Numbered from the whole stretch's first letter, positions 1 through 12,433 are shown. The stretch: 63,750 bases of DNA, filler included, from Olpidium bornovanus S191 (GCA_017911155.1; 26 parts of 26 records of this genome joined end to end with filler, not necessarily neighbours in it), one strand, 5' to 3'. Numbers and translations: made by a program. The notes: generated by a model not told the origin, from the sequence alone.

Positions 1-408
1 CATGAATGCAGTACTAGAGGCAACGCATCGCACCCCACCGTGGAAGAAATAGGAGGACGATATGGTTCGTCTGTGGAAACACAGCGAATTTCAGACTTAG
101 GAAAACAGGAGCTGCAGTGATGCCGTTAATCCAGCATTTTAGGCAGGCTCTTCATTGTCGGCGGACGCACCGGGTTCTTTCTTTTACCGTCGCTTTCATA
201 ATATAATCTCACGGACCCGTCCTTCAGAGTCCGATTGCCTGTTGTTGGCCAGCCTCGCACTCGGATCAGACCGCGAACCCAGATCCTAGCCTAAAAGCTC
301 CTGGCGATCAACTGGTCACGTCGTAAACACGAAGAACGGTGGCAGAGCGGGAGTCGGCGGCAATAGATAGTGCCGGAAGAATCGGGCCTAGGGTAGAGAG
401 TTCTGGCA

Positions 409-2784
409 TCAACGGTACCACCGTCTCCACCTCGCTTCCAGCTGGCCTCTGAGCGCCTCAACCTTGGCCAGGTCGCCCCCGTGGTCAACGCCGAGGACAT
501 CCGAGAAGTCGAGCGAAAAGTTCACCCGCTTGATTTCAGCAAACCCCTCTCCGGCGTCCGGCTCGACGCAGCGCTTCCGGTAAGACGCGAACGCCAAGTC
601 CGGCAACGGGGCCACAACGCGGCGCTGTCGGCGAGGGGCCACCTGGGTTGCAGCTGCGGGCGCCGGCGGCTCCGGGAAGTCGACGTCCCGAAGGCCATAC
701 GCCCGAAATAGGTCGTTGTGCCGCGCGAGCTCGGCGCCCGCCTGGAAGTGGAAGCACCGCACAGGGACCTGCATTCGCCGACCAAGGTCGATGTAGGCCT
801 TGCGCGTCGAGACGTCCGGGTTGGTGTTGTCTTGCGTTAGGACCAGGTCCGTTGCGGGCCGGGCGGGCGCGCAGAGAATACATCCGTAAGGTGAGGACCC
901 CGTCCGCTGCACCTTAATGATCTACTGAACGCGGACTGTCCTTCAAGATCGGAATCTCACCTATCACCGCCGGATGGCCGGCTTCGAGAGCGTCTTGGCA
1001 CGCCTCTAAACATTTTTCTTTGGTTTTCATCGTGTCCTTGAGTCGAGAGCGGGAAAACAACTACCGGGTAAGGCGGAACCGCGGGGGGGCTGACCAAAAA
1101 TGGCAGGAAATAAGGCAGTTACCTGGTTTATGTGGCGGTATCCTTTCGGAACCAGCCACTTGAGCGCAAATGTTGTTTTTCCCGCTGCCGGGTAGCCGAC
1201 GAAAATGACGATTTCGGGGATTACAGGGTCAGGCACCAGCGGACGGTTCGTGGGCATAAACAACGGTCCTGGTGCGTGGGAGTGAGAGAACCGCCCGTTG
1301 CGTCGAAGGTTAGCACGGGCCGAGTATACATCACAATAAAAAACCGGTGACGGCACGACGTCCTACTCTGCGGAATATATTCAATGGGGTTGAAGTCTTC
1401 CCCTTCAGAAAGCACGATCTTGCCCGTGTACTTCTGCTCAAGAAAAAACTCCTCGGGAGTGTGGAAAGCCAGTCCGATGTTGATTGCCCACTTTCTTACC
1501 CCGAAAGCGAAGAATAGTGGGGGGCGGGGGGGATAGGGGAGGAGGGACAAAAACGTCAAAAAGGTTCGAGTCTCCACCTGTTTCGTTTCCTCTGTTCGGC
1601 CGCATTTCAATCCACATACCTGTCGGTCGCAGCGAAGTCCTTCTTCGAACCTCGGGCAGACCCAGAAACCCTACCCGCCGCGTCGCCGACAAAGAAACTG
1701 TTCTCGATGTCTGAGGGCGAACGAAGATTCTGGACGTGAATGATTTGGATTGAAAGAGGCAAACACGACGTCCAACTACCTCATATTGCGCTCATTATTT
1801 ACCTACGACGACGTCCGGCGGGCGGATGTGGCGCACGAAATAGTCCCAAATGCCAACCGCCGGCTTGCGATAACAGCTGTGGCCGGTAGCTACCAGGAGG
1901 TGGAGCGGCACCCCGACCTGGGCACAGAGCAGGTTCCAGCGCCCCCGCGCATTAGCACCGAAAAAATTGCTGGGCGGTAGGCTAAAGAAAGGCTGACCGC
2001 GGCTCACCTGATCAAGCACGAAATTCATCTTCTGCCTAAACATGACCTTGTGGCTCTCGTACTTCGACATTCTCGACTGGTTGCTGACCATAAGGATGAT
2101 GTACCTTGCAGCGGTCACCAGAGTCGAACATCAGCGACGCGGCGGGAAGCAGCGGCCGCGACATTTTTCTGCTTCCACACAAACCCTTCTTCGTGTAGCT
2201 CCCTGAGGCGTTTTGGCACATTTCGATGCCAGAACTTCCAGTCGGTTGCTGATTTGGGATGGCGGTGAGGACCGTTTGGACAAATAATCGTTCCGTCCTA
2301 ATTAAACGACCGGTTAGACAGGCGTCCCTATCCGGCTCGCCGAGAAGCTGCGGCGCACGACCCTCGAGAACGCGACTGATCTGACCACGTCAAACGCGGC
2401 GACTCTGCGAAGCCCGCCGGCGTAGTCGGCGTTGCCGAAGCGCCCAATCAAGAGCGCAGCCCCGTCTTCCTCCCGCCACTCGACTCTCCCGGCCGCGGAT
2501 CGGCGCGGCGCGCCGTCCTGCCCAGACGTGGGACCGGCGGCCTTGGCGGAGAAGAAAGCTTGAATGCCCGCCTGTACAAGCTTCGCGGTCGCGCGGGGCT
2601 TGGCGTCGGCCACGTCTGTCGCCGACGCCGCCTTGCGGAGCTTCCGCGCCGGCCCCTCTTCGCTTCCTCTGCCTGCGGTGGCGTCGGGCGACGCGGCCCG
2701 CACTGCCAAAGCGGCGGCAACGGCGGCGGCAGTATGCTCCCCTTCCTCGGCGCTCGCACTCCCCGCCGGCGACCCCGAAGCCAT
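409..2784 (-). CDS. PNK1: Bifunctional polynucleotide 3'-phosphatase/5'-kinase (PNKP/Pnk1), about 8 exons, complete
   Basis: Spliced translation gives HAD motif AAFDV|DGT, then SNQ, YRKPAVGIW, FFVGDAAGR, KKDFAATDR, FHTPEEFF, kinase P-loop GYPAAGKT, HINQ|DTM and D|NTNP...RKAY. Introns are GT-AG; ATG at 2784, TGA at 409-411. Confidence 0.96.
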
Positions 2785-3270
2785 GGTGTCGTTGGGCTCA
2801 GAGTGTCGGCGTTTTCCCGGAATTTCGGGCCGCCGGGCGAGGTCACTCTGAGCGGGGCAGAACCGGGAAATTCCCCCCGTCATTCCCCTCCAGATTTCTG
2901 GAGGAGACAAAAACCGTTCGGCGCCGAACGGGAGATGTTCACGCAACGTGTGCTCGTTGCCACGACGTGTAACAAAGACACCTGTCCCAAGCAGGTCGGG
3001 TTTGGGCAGGCCCGGAAGTCTCAAGACATGNNNNNNNNNNNNNNNNNNNNNNNNNNNNNNNNNNNNNNNNNNNNTTAATTAATTAANNNNNNNNNNNNNN
3101 NNNNNNNNNNNNNNNNNNNNNNNNNNNNNNCATGGTCACCATGGTCACCCGACCGCGCAAGGAGAAAGGAAGAAAGGAAGGTGCGGAGGGCATTGAGCGG
3201 GGCTGGAGAGGCGGTGAAAACCGGTGAAACGGGTCACCGCGGAACCATGGTCGCCATGGCCGGCGGACTT

Positions 3271-3382
3271 GAACTGCCCAGCAAAGTGGGCCAAAACTAC
3301 AGGGGCAAGGGTGTGTCAGAACGCTGAACTGCCTAGCAAAGTGGGCCAAAACTACAGGGGCAAGGGTGTGTCAGAACGCTGA
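3271..3382. repeat. 55-bp tandem duplication (2 copies, 1 mismatch)
   Basis: GAACTGCC(C/T)AGCAAAGTGGGCCAAAACTACAGGGGCAAGGGTGTGTCAGAACGCT begins at 3271 and again at 3326. Confidence 0.95.
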
Positions 3383-3478
3383 GCAACCGCTTGAGGGACT
3401 GGCTGCAAAAAACAGAACCAGGATAGCTTGCATGAATGCGTGCTAACCGGTATACCGCTTAATACTTGGACAGGCTCA

Positions 3479-3780
3479 ACGTGCGAATCTTCTTTTTTTG
3501 CGGCGTGTAACTCGTCGTTTTTTTGCGACGTGCGAATCTTCCTTTTTATGCGATGTGCGAATCTTCTTTCTTTTGTGATGTGCGAATCTTCTTTTTTTTT
3601 TGCGCCGGGCGAATTTTCTTTTCTGTGCGACGTGCGAATCTTCTTTTTTTTGCGACTTGCGAATCTTCTTTTTTTTTGCGACGTGCGAATCTTCTTTTTT
3701 TTTGCGACGTGCGAATCTTTTTTGCGACGTGCGAATCTCTTTTTTTTGCGACGTGCGAATCTTTTTTTTGCGACGTGTGA
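3479..3780. repeat. Minisatellite, about 12-13 copies of GCGACGTGCGAATCTTC plus a variable T tract (unit about 20-27 bp)
   Basis: Read directly: conserved core with oligo-T spacers of variable length; several copies show CG>TG variants (GCGATGTG, GTGATGTG, GTGTGA). Confidence 0.95.
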
Positions 3781-4137
3781 CAAGGCGCTCCTGCAACTCC
3801 TCCGAGAGGACAGTGTTGAGTGGTCCGTCCGGGAGGACGAAGGCTAACGGCTCGGGGAGGGCGTCTCCGACCGTCAGGTCACCCTCATCCTCGGACTCGG
3901 AGTCGCTTAGAACGAGTTTCTTTACGACCGTGGTGTTGGTCTTCTGGAGGTTGCCAGTGAAGAGGTTATTGACGCCGTCGTCGTCGTCCGAGACCTTGTG
4001 CGTTTGGCCACCTTCAGCTCCAGTTCCAGCTCCTCTTTCTCTAGCTCTGCGATACGAAGTTTTGCCTGGAGGAGCTCCACCTCCGCGGAGGGAGGTGTAC
4101 GAGCCGGCGTAGAAGCCGCCGGGGGGGCCGTGGACAT
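3781..4137 (-). pseudogene. Frameshifted ORF remnant (short coiled coil plus acidic segment) running into the minisatellite
   Basis: MSTAPP...LLQAKLRIAELEKEELELELKVAK switches frame near 4000 to HKVSDDDDGVNNLF...LSDSESEDEGD...LSEELQERL, then abuts the repeat. No family recognised. Confidence 0.4.
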
Positions 4138-5123
4138 GGTTGCGAACGGGAGAGAGGGAAGATGCGCATGTTCGACGCCAAGTCGAGGTGTTTTCGTGTA
4201 GTGATGTGGATGGGAAACTCGGTGGGGCGGCGTTGTTGACCGGTTCAACAACGCCTTTTCTTTTTGTATGGCAAACGCATACAGCCAGTGTCAGTGCGAT
4301 GGGAACGCACACCAAGCTGGTGAGACCGTCGTTCCCCGTAGGGTTATTCCGGGCGAACAAGGAAAAATAATCTCCGGCTTTTTCCCCCGTCCGCCACCCC
4401 GCGCCCGGCAGCAAAAAGATCCTCCGAGCGCAGATCAAAACCCTCCCCCGTCATGCAAAGCTCGAAGATTACCACCCCGCGATGCTCCAGAAGCAACAGC
4501 CGCACGCCGCCGCCGTTGTCGCCGTTGCCGCCGTTGCCGCCGTTTTTGGAAAACTTCTTTTCCTGTTTTTTTCTTTTGTATTTTTTTTTTATTTCGNNNN
4601 NNNNNNNNNNNNNNNNNNNNNNNNNNNNNNNNNNNNNNNNTTAATTAATTAANNNNNNNNNNNNNNNNNNNNNNNNNNNNNNNNNNNNNNNNNNNNGGTT
4701 CCGAAAAAAAAAAAAAAAAAAAAAAAAAAGCAGCCCCACAGCCGGGTGGCAGTATCATAGGGGCTCCACCCGTTTTGCTTCGCGCCTCGCGGCGTCCGCC
4801 CGGGCCCCGCGGAGCCCAGAAGGGGGTGCGACGTTCACGCGCCGCGGCTTGCAAAAACCTCCTGGGGCATGTCGCCCTCCCGAAAAGCACTCTGCACTGG
4901 CCGGTGTCAAGCCGGATAATCAAATCTGCGTTGGAATCTGCGTTGGAATCTGCGTATGAATCCGCGTCTGAATTTACCGGTCGTGTGTCCCGGAGCGAGC
5001 AAAAGTTCCCCTACTTCACCCACACCGAGCGGCGCGTCGCGAACGCCGCGAGGGAGCACGACACCACATTCAACAACCTTATCGCCCCGTAGACACGTAC
5101 TAAGGTGGTCCCAAATTGCTGTT

Positions 5124-5180
<57 letters not shown>

Positions 5181-5843
5181 CCTTAAAAGTTGAAGCCAGT
5201 TTTTTGCACATCCCGAGTATTGCACAACCAAAATCCCCAGCTTCCTTTTTTTGTGATTTTTTTTTTTTAATTTTCAACCCCCAACAGGCTTCGCCCTGCC
5301 GTTCTCCAGAACGCAAAATTTATTGGTTTTATTTTTGTTATTTTTTTTTATTTTTATCATATCGAAACCGCGGCGGCCATCCGCGCCTGCAGGGGTGACA
5401 CGAAGGAGGACGTGGGCCCAAAAAAATAAAAAAAAACTCCAAGCGAGGACGACCTTTTAAGATGGAAGCGGAAAAGTCGAAAGTCGAAAAAAACGGAGTG
5501 GAAAGGAGGAGCTAAATTTCAGTCCAATCTGTCCAGATGGTCCGGTCTTGTGAGCAGCACGTTCTTTTCGACGTCTTCTCGATCTAGCCGCCCGATCTTG
5601 CCGGCGGCTTTTTTTTTTTTTTTTTGATTTGAGGGGTGTGGGTGTCGGGGGATGGGGTAGGGGAGAGGGGAAGGTTACCGGGGGCGGAGCCGGACCCCGT
5701 AAGGGATGACTCCGAGAGTCAAAAAATCCGCCGAACAGAAGGAACCCCGAGGAGGCGCAAAAATAGCTCCCGGCGAGATTAAAAAAATGAGAAACAAGGC
5801 AAAAAAAAAGCCTTTGAAAACCCACTAGGCAAAAAATGCTTTA

Positions 5844-5917
5844 CGCTCCCGGGCAGGATTGAACTGCCAACCTCCCGATTAACAGTCGGACGCGCTAACC
5901 AATTGCGCCACGGAAGC
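5844..5917 (-). tRNA. tRNA-Asn(GTT)
   Basis: Reverse complement folds as a cloverleaf: GCTTCCG/CGGGAGC acceptor, GCGC D stem, TCCGA-CT GTT AA-TCGGG anticodon arm, GGCAG-TTCAATC-CTGCC T arm. A T6 Pol III terminator lies downstream (5831-5836). Confidence 0.97.
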
Positions 5918-7486
5918 CGGGCGGTTGAATGGAACAGAGCCATTGAACTTATTTTCGTAAAACAAATGGCAGTCTCGTGCGGTGAAAGAGTGCGGGGCCC
6001 CGGGCAAGGTGGAGGGGGACGGGGACGGTCCTGCCCGCGTTTGACGCGCGCGTTGGCATCCGACCCCGCAACGACTGCCGTCCTCGCTCAGGACGAGCAC
6101 GCGCCAGAGCATTCCTGCCCCAGGGGCCCCGCCGCACGACGGAGCTGCGCCCAGCGAAGCTCGTTTGCAAGGAGGCACCCCTTTCCTCAAACGCCCGTCC
6201 CGCCCTCCCCCCACCTCCAACCCTCCGACATCTATCTTCGCTTCTGCATCCCAAGAATCAACCTTCGCTGCACGCAAGCCTCAAAAAGCCCCGAAGGCAA
6301 TGCCGTACACCACTTTTCTACTCTTCGCACCCGCTCACCCGTAACACTTCACAACGAACCAAAAAAACATACGAGAAAAAAAAAAGAAATCCTATTTTGT
6401 GGAGGCCCCCTATCCCAAACNNNNNNNNNNNNNNNNNNNNNNNNNNNNNNNNNNNNNNNNNNNNTTAATTAATTAANNNNNNNNNNNNNNNNNNNNNNNN
6501 NNNNNNNNNNNNNNNNNNNNCATGATGCTTCTTTGCTGTTCTCTGCAAACCGAGGTTTATTTCTGCCTCCTAGAGGTGCATCGCCTAATGTCGTAGGAAT
6601 TTTCCTTCAGGATGTTCAAACCAATATGGAAGCCCCTGGCAAAGCTGAGCGCCTCATCATTGAAGAAAAGCCGACTTCAGACCTGAACGGTCCCAGGTTT
6701 GCCGTTGCTGATAATTTTTTCTTGCCAAACATTGAAAATCTCAGGGAAGCCTCTTATGTGGAGATTCAGTCAGTGGCCCTCGCACAGATCGGCGGCCAAA
6801 TTGAGGTGATGTATGGCAGCAGGAAATCAAAAACTTTATTCCTATCTCATACTGGGCAATCAGTTGGTCTCTTTATCCCTAGAGACGCCCTTTGCTCCAG
6901 TGCAAGATCCAATACCAGTTCAACGATGGCGTGGATGCCCGAAAGGATCACGTAGGCATAAGATGACAACGGTCAACAATTCTGCGACGCGTAAACCAAC
7001 GGCTTTAGAAAGAGTAAACGTAGATTCTAGAGACTGTTTTCAATACGCAGTCCTCTTTGGCCTTATATCGTACGCGCGAGCAATGCGGGATGGAGTGTGT
7101 CTGGGAGAAAGGCTGGAGGCGGGCGCGACTCATTTTCCAGTGCAGGCGGCGCGGGGGACGGAGGGCGGGGTTGTGTGTCCGAACCAACGAGGAGGGGGTT
7201 TGTCCCCCGGTCGCGGCCCACATTTTTTTTTCTAAGAAAAAAAAAAAAAAACATCCCCGGCAAACCGCCAACTCTCTGGGAATCCGTCGACTGGCGGTGT
7301 CGTCATCCACCACCAGCAGTCTCGTCGCAGCTTAGCGCCGAGGCCGGCTGAAGCCGTCCCAACGCAACCTCTTAGCTGCAGAGGGTTCCCGCCTTCGTCC
7401 AAGCTGAACGCGCCAGCCTTCGGCACACCTCCGGAATCTTGCCGTCCCCGCAGGCGGGGGCATCGCTGTCGGCTGCCCCGCGGGAG

Positions 7487-9519
7487 ATGGAGGGCATCTT
7501 CTCGATAAAGGCGGAGCACGATATTGCGCCGCCGAGTCCGGAGAAGTCCGCCGCGTGGTTGCACAATGGCGCAACGATCACTTCGGCCATGTCCCCGACG
7601 CCCGTCCGCAGCCCCTCGGACAGCGGCGTTGGACTGCCGATAGGCGCCGCACCGCGGTGCGGGGAAGCCCACCGCCGCTGGTGGCGGAGAGGGCCCTACC
7701 CACCGCCAGTAAACGGCAGCAGATTCCCCAAGGCGTACGATGACTTCTCGCCCGCTATCCTCTTCTTCAACTTTGTCGTCTACATCTTTCTGCGGTTGTT
7801 CTCTGTCGACGTGTTTCCCTTCCCGAGGAAACGCCTCCTCAAGCTCCTCGCCACGACACCCCACTCGCCGCACCTCGGCGACACCAGCAGCGCAGAGCAC
7901 GGGTTTAGGCTGTACATCAACGAGCTCGCGGACTACACGTATTTGACAGCCTACGGGAGGTTGGCCTTTGCCAAATACATCACGTACGCCCTGCAAGGCC
8001 GCCGCGACTTCGCGGAGTATTTAAACGAAAACCCGCGACTCTGTGACGTGGCAATAGGCACGCCGTTCATCATCACTGGCATGCACCGAACCGGGAGCAC
8101 ACTCCTTCATAGGTTTGCGCGGTCACATCGCTTTTTTGCTCCGAACTCCGTTCCTGTTCGGCTTGCCGGACGGCGCAGGGCTTGATCCGCGGGAAAAAGG
8201 CTAAAGCTGTCCTAGTGGTGGAAACTGGAGCGGTGTTATGGAAATAACGACAGCCTGGAAAAAAACCAATTGACATATTCCCACGTCACCTGACGTTGCA
8301 ATTAGGCTTATGGCCCTAGATCCTAAGTGCCGGACTACCACCGCGATGGATACTTTTCCGGTTACGGGATACCCTCTGGTGCCGCCCATTCGGTCGCAAG
8401 AGGAAATGTTGACTCATCCGAGAGCACGTCACTGGAGGGAACACCTGCTTCCGAGATGGAAACGACATGCAGCTGAGGAAGTCCAGATGACGCTACGAAA
8501 TCATCCGTTTGATCCATTTGAGCCTGAAGGTGAGACCTGGAGGCCTTTTTGATCGTTCTGATGCCACCTTTCCATTCTTGCAGACGCATTGTTTCTCCTT
8601 GGCTGACGCGTTGCTTCTCGCCGATATGAACCATGGGGAATACCGCGGGGCAGAGGAGCTCATCCTTTACCAGCAGTGCGGCATTTTCACGTTCCAATCC
8701 GTTTTGCTGGACAAGCAATTAAACCGCATGATACCTAAGGAAGAACGACGTGCGAGGGACGAGCAACTGCTCCCGCCGCGGCCACTCAAGGATTACACGG
8801 AGTGGTGCCTGGACGAGGCCAGCCAGACGAGCTCGCCGCGGCTGGTAAAGCGGTACCTACAGGCTTTCCACGACGCGTGGCCGGCCGAGTCGCACTGGTG
8901 TCTCAAGGCGCCTCAGCACGCGCTGTTCCCAGAAGCGCTTTACCGCGAGTTCCCCGATGCGCGGTACGTGATAACGCACCGGGACCCTGTGGACGCCGTG
9001 ACGTCGTGCGCGCGTTTCGTGGCTGAGCCGCTGACGGCGTACGTCGAGTCGGGGACGCTGGACCTGTACGGAGTCGGCCGCAACGTGCTCCGCCAGTCGG
9101 CTCTCAAGGCGCGCCGCCTGGACGCCCTGAGGGCCCGCGTGCGCGCCGATGTCGGCCCCGAAGCGGAGCGCGCTCAATTCTTGGACGTCGACTATGACGA
9201 CATCGTCAACGACCCCGTCGGCACTGTTCGGCGCATCTACGAGCACTTCGGCGTTCCTTTCTCTCCCGAGCACGAGCAAGCCATAAAAGACTTCCTTGCC
9301 CGCGACAAGAAGAACCGCACGAGGCTCCGCGAAGGCGAGGGCAAGAAGCCCCTCCGAGAGCCGCTTAACATGCAAGACTTCGGCTTCACCGCCGAGGAGA
9401 TCATGGAGCAGTTCCCTGACTGCGAACTCGGCAAGGTCGCCGTGGTCGTCCACGGTGGCCGCGGGCGAAAAGCTGACGGTGCGGGCAGCGAGGGCCGCAA
9501 TCTTCTCCGCGCCCTTTGA
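7487..9519 (+). CDS. PAPS-dependent sulfotransferase, bacterial-like (Sulfotransfer_3 type), 3 exons
   Basis: 5'-PSB loop PFIITGMHRTGSTLLHR|LMALDP, WCLKAPQH, 3'-PB motif VITHRDPVDAVTS, YDDIVNDPVGTVRRIYEHFG. GT-AG introns at 8113-8305 and 8530-8653 restore the frame. Start codon is uncertain. Confidence 0.9.
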
Positions 9520-10512
9520 GCCGCCGGATCCGACCGCCAGAGATTCCAGAGCCCCTCCAGAGCGAGGCAGGCCCCAGCTCGTATTTAACCTTTTTTCAAC
9601 TTAGGCCATATCGATGGGCAGGGCACCACTGCTGCAACAGATGGGAAGACCGGCAGGAAAGCAAGAAGCCCCTGCGATTTGCTTACCCTTTTATTTTTAC
9701 TTCCTTACGATCTTGTGTACTTTCTCTATTATTTCCATTTAGCTTACCCTTTTTGTATTTTTTTTTCATTACCAAGTGTACACCTTTTTTGTTGTTTGTC
9801 TGAACTCCATGCGGCCCCTGTGGTTAGCATTTTGGCAGCATTACGCGCTTGGGGCCCGCAGCGCCTTGTTTTTTTATTTTATACTATTTTATTTTCGCCT
9901 TGTAATTTCCAATTCTCTGATATTTGGCACAATCTCTGTCCGTATTCTAAACTTTCGTTGTATCTGTAACATAATCGCTGCGGCGTGCCTCTGTGGCTTC
10001 AGACGTCGAAAAAGTGGGAGGCCCCAACAAGCCTGCCGTGCGCGGCGCAAAGGCCAAGGGCGTGGAACACCTGGCAATCCTGCAGAGGTACCTTGGCTCG
10101 CAGCCTGAGGGAAGTGGTACTTTATGTGGCGGAAAGGCGGTGCGGTCGCGTTCTCAGCGTTCTCAGCATTCCAGGCCGAGTTCGAGCCGAGGTGTGACGG
10201 CGCCAAAAATAAAAGCCCCTTTTTGCGATTCTCAGCCGTTTTGAATTGTTCGATTTAGCAACGGAAGAGACGATGCGGCGGAAACGCCCGAAGGCCTTTC
10301 CCCCCTCTTTACCCCCATTTTATTTCCGCACTAACTCTGATTTAATTTCTTGTTGATTTCTACTTTGTCCGGCGTGTTTGTCTCTCGACCACCATGNNNN
10401 NNNNNNNNNNNNNNNNNNNNNNNNNNNNNNNNNNNNNNNNTTAATTAATTAANNNNNNNNNNNNNNNNNNNNNNNNNNNNNNNNNNNNNNNNNNNNCCCC
10501 CCCCCCCCCCCT

Positions 10513-10551
<39 letters not shown>

Positions 10552-10632
10552 AACACGCGCACGCACCGAAACCTGTTGCGCGACGGAAGCGGTGGCCTTG
10601 CTGCAAGCAGCAGCAGCGCGAGCAAAGACACC

Positions 10633-11877
10633 ATGGACAAGGTGAAAAAGCAGCTCCAGCGGTCCCTGCGGCGGGCCAGCTCCTCGACGAAGCAGCAGGC
10701 CGCCCTGCGGAAAGAAGACATCTCGGCGCCCTCCGCCCCGACGACGCCACCCATCGTCGCGGCCCCAATCACCAGCGCGAGGGGCTTGTGTTTGCCCGTC
10801 GCCGTGTCTTACATGACGGCGAGGGCGCAGGAAGAGGATCCGTCCAGGCTGCCTCCGAAGAAGGTCGTCAAGGTCAGTTTCGCGGCGCTCGGAACACCCC
10901 CCCCCCCCTTTCCGCCACAGATGCTACCCCGTGTCCCGGGCGCCCGCGTCAAGGACGAGTTCCGCGTGACACTCGCCCACCCTGGTCGGCTTGTCCGCGC
11001 TTACGTCACCCCACACCGTTACGAGCACGCTGACACCTGGTACTTCGCTTCCTTTTTACCTCCAACTGACCCGCCCAGGCAAAGTACGACTACGGTGCGT
11101 GGGCTGTGGCGCGTCTGGCCGCAATGGTTTTCGGTCGACGTGTGACCCTTCTTCGCTGTGCTCTTGGCTTTTTGCCCTGTCCTTGTCGCACATTTCTGTG
11201 GTCCTCTCTGACCTCAAGTCCGCGCCACGTTCTGTGCAGACGCGGTGCACGAAGGAGTGCTCTCTTTCAAAAAAGGAGACTTCTTTTTCGTACTGAACGA
11301 CGAGCTGAGCTCGACCTGGTGGGAGGTGTGCAATCCGGCCACCAACGTCAGGGGACATGTGCCCGTCAGCTACTTCCACGTTCTGCAGAAGACGGCTGCC
11401 CCAGGAAACGCGGCCGAGGTCGTGGTGCACGCCGGCCGCGCGCCCTCGGCTCCCGCATTTCTGCGGCTGAACGCCGGGGCCGGCAAGGAGGCGAAAGCGC
11501 AGCCTTTGTACGCCATCGTCATGTACGACTTTGAGGCCGAGCGCGCGGACGAGCTCAGTGCGTTCGCGGGCGACCCCATCGTCGTCCTTGCGCAGTCTAA
11601 CCCGGAGTGGTACGTCGCGAAACATATTGGCAAGCTGGGTGGGCCGGGTCTCATCCCAGTCTCGTTCGTCGAGATCCGTGACGCGGTCACGGGCGTGCCC
11701 GTGCCGTGCGTCGACGCCATGCTAGAACAGACCGGACTGAAGATTATGCCTGTGCCGGAGTGGAAGAAGTTGAATGCCGAGTACGAGGCCGCTTCCATCG
11801 ATTTGACCAACCCTGCCGCATTATCCCCGCTCGCCGTGTCTGCCGTGCCAGGCGCGACGACGCCTTTTGCGGCATAG
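10633..11877 (+). CDS. BEM1: Bem1/Scd2-like polarity scaffold (SH3-SH3-CI region); PX/PB1 not seen
   Basis: PPKKVVK|AKYDYD|AVHEGVLSFKKGDFF...WWEVCNPATNVRGHVPVSYF; second SH3 YAIVMYDFEAERADEL...EWYVAKHIGKLGGPGLIPVSFVEIRD; CI-like VPEWKKLNAEYEAASIDL. Introns at 10873-11078 and 11095-11239. Confidence 0.9.
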
Positions 11878-12433
11878 CCAGTTGAACCAAAATCTACAAA
11901 TATTTAAAAAAGCTACCGGTTACGTGTGTGAAACACAGCCTGGAATGTGTCAAAAACCAGGGTAAAAACTAGCAGACTGGAAGGCGATAATTTTGAAGTT
12001 TTTCTAATCCAGGCCGTTTTGGCCAGTGGGAGGTACTTCTCTCGAGAAAAACTCCCGAAATGGGCAAAAAAACGTCTGGACCAGTGGTAACCGCTGGAGG
12101 GACGGATCCCCATGCTTTGTCCACCGTACGGGTATGTTTGGGAAGGATTTTCCCCTCCCACGGGCACCCCTGCCTGTGGCCTCCTGAGGGGCACTCCTGG
12201 TGCTTAAATCCAAAGTCTCGTGCACCTCACANNNNNNNNNNNNNNNNNNNNNNNNNNNNNNNNNNNNNNNNNNNNTTAATTAATTAANNNNNNNNNNNNN
12301 NNNNNNNNNNNNNNNNNNNNNNNNNNNNNNNAAAAAAAAAAAAAACCGGCGAGAGGGGGCGGGAAGGGGGAGAGGGGACGGAGAACTTCTTTTGACGCAT
12401 AATAAACCCTGAGCGCCCCGTTGGGCCCCTCAC

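Noticed and set aside
3479-3780. CRISPR array
   Set aside because: The spacers are only variable T runs, not unique sequences; the context is eukaryotic and there are no cas genes.
6521-6955. 140-aa ORF upstream of the sulfotransferase; likewise ORFs at 17615-18232, 21611-22129, 34895-35257, 59488-60602 and 60905-61443
   Set aside because: No recognisable motifs or consistent splice models. They may hold real exons, but I cannot support a call.
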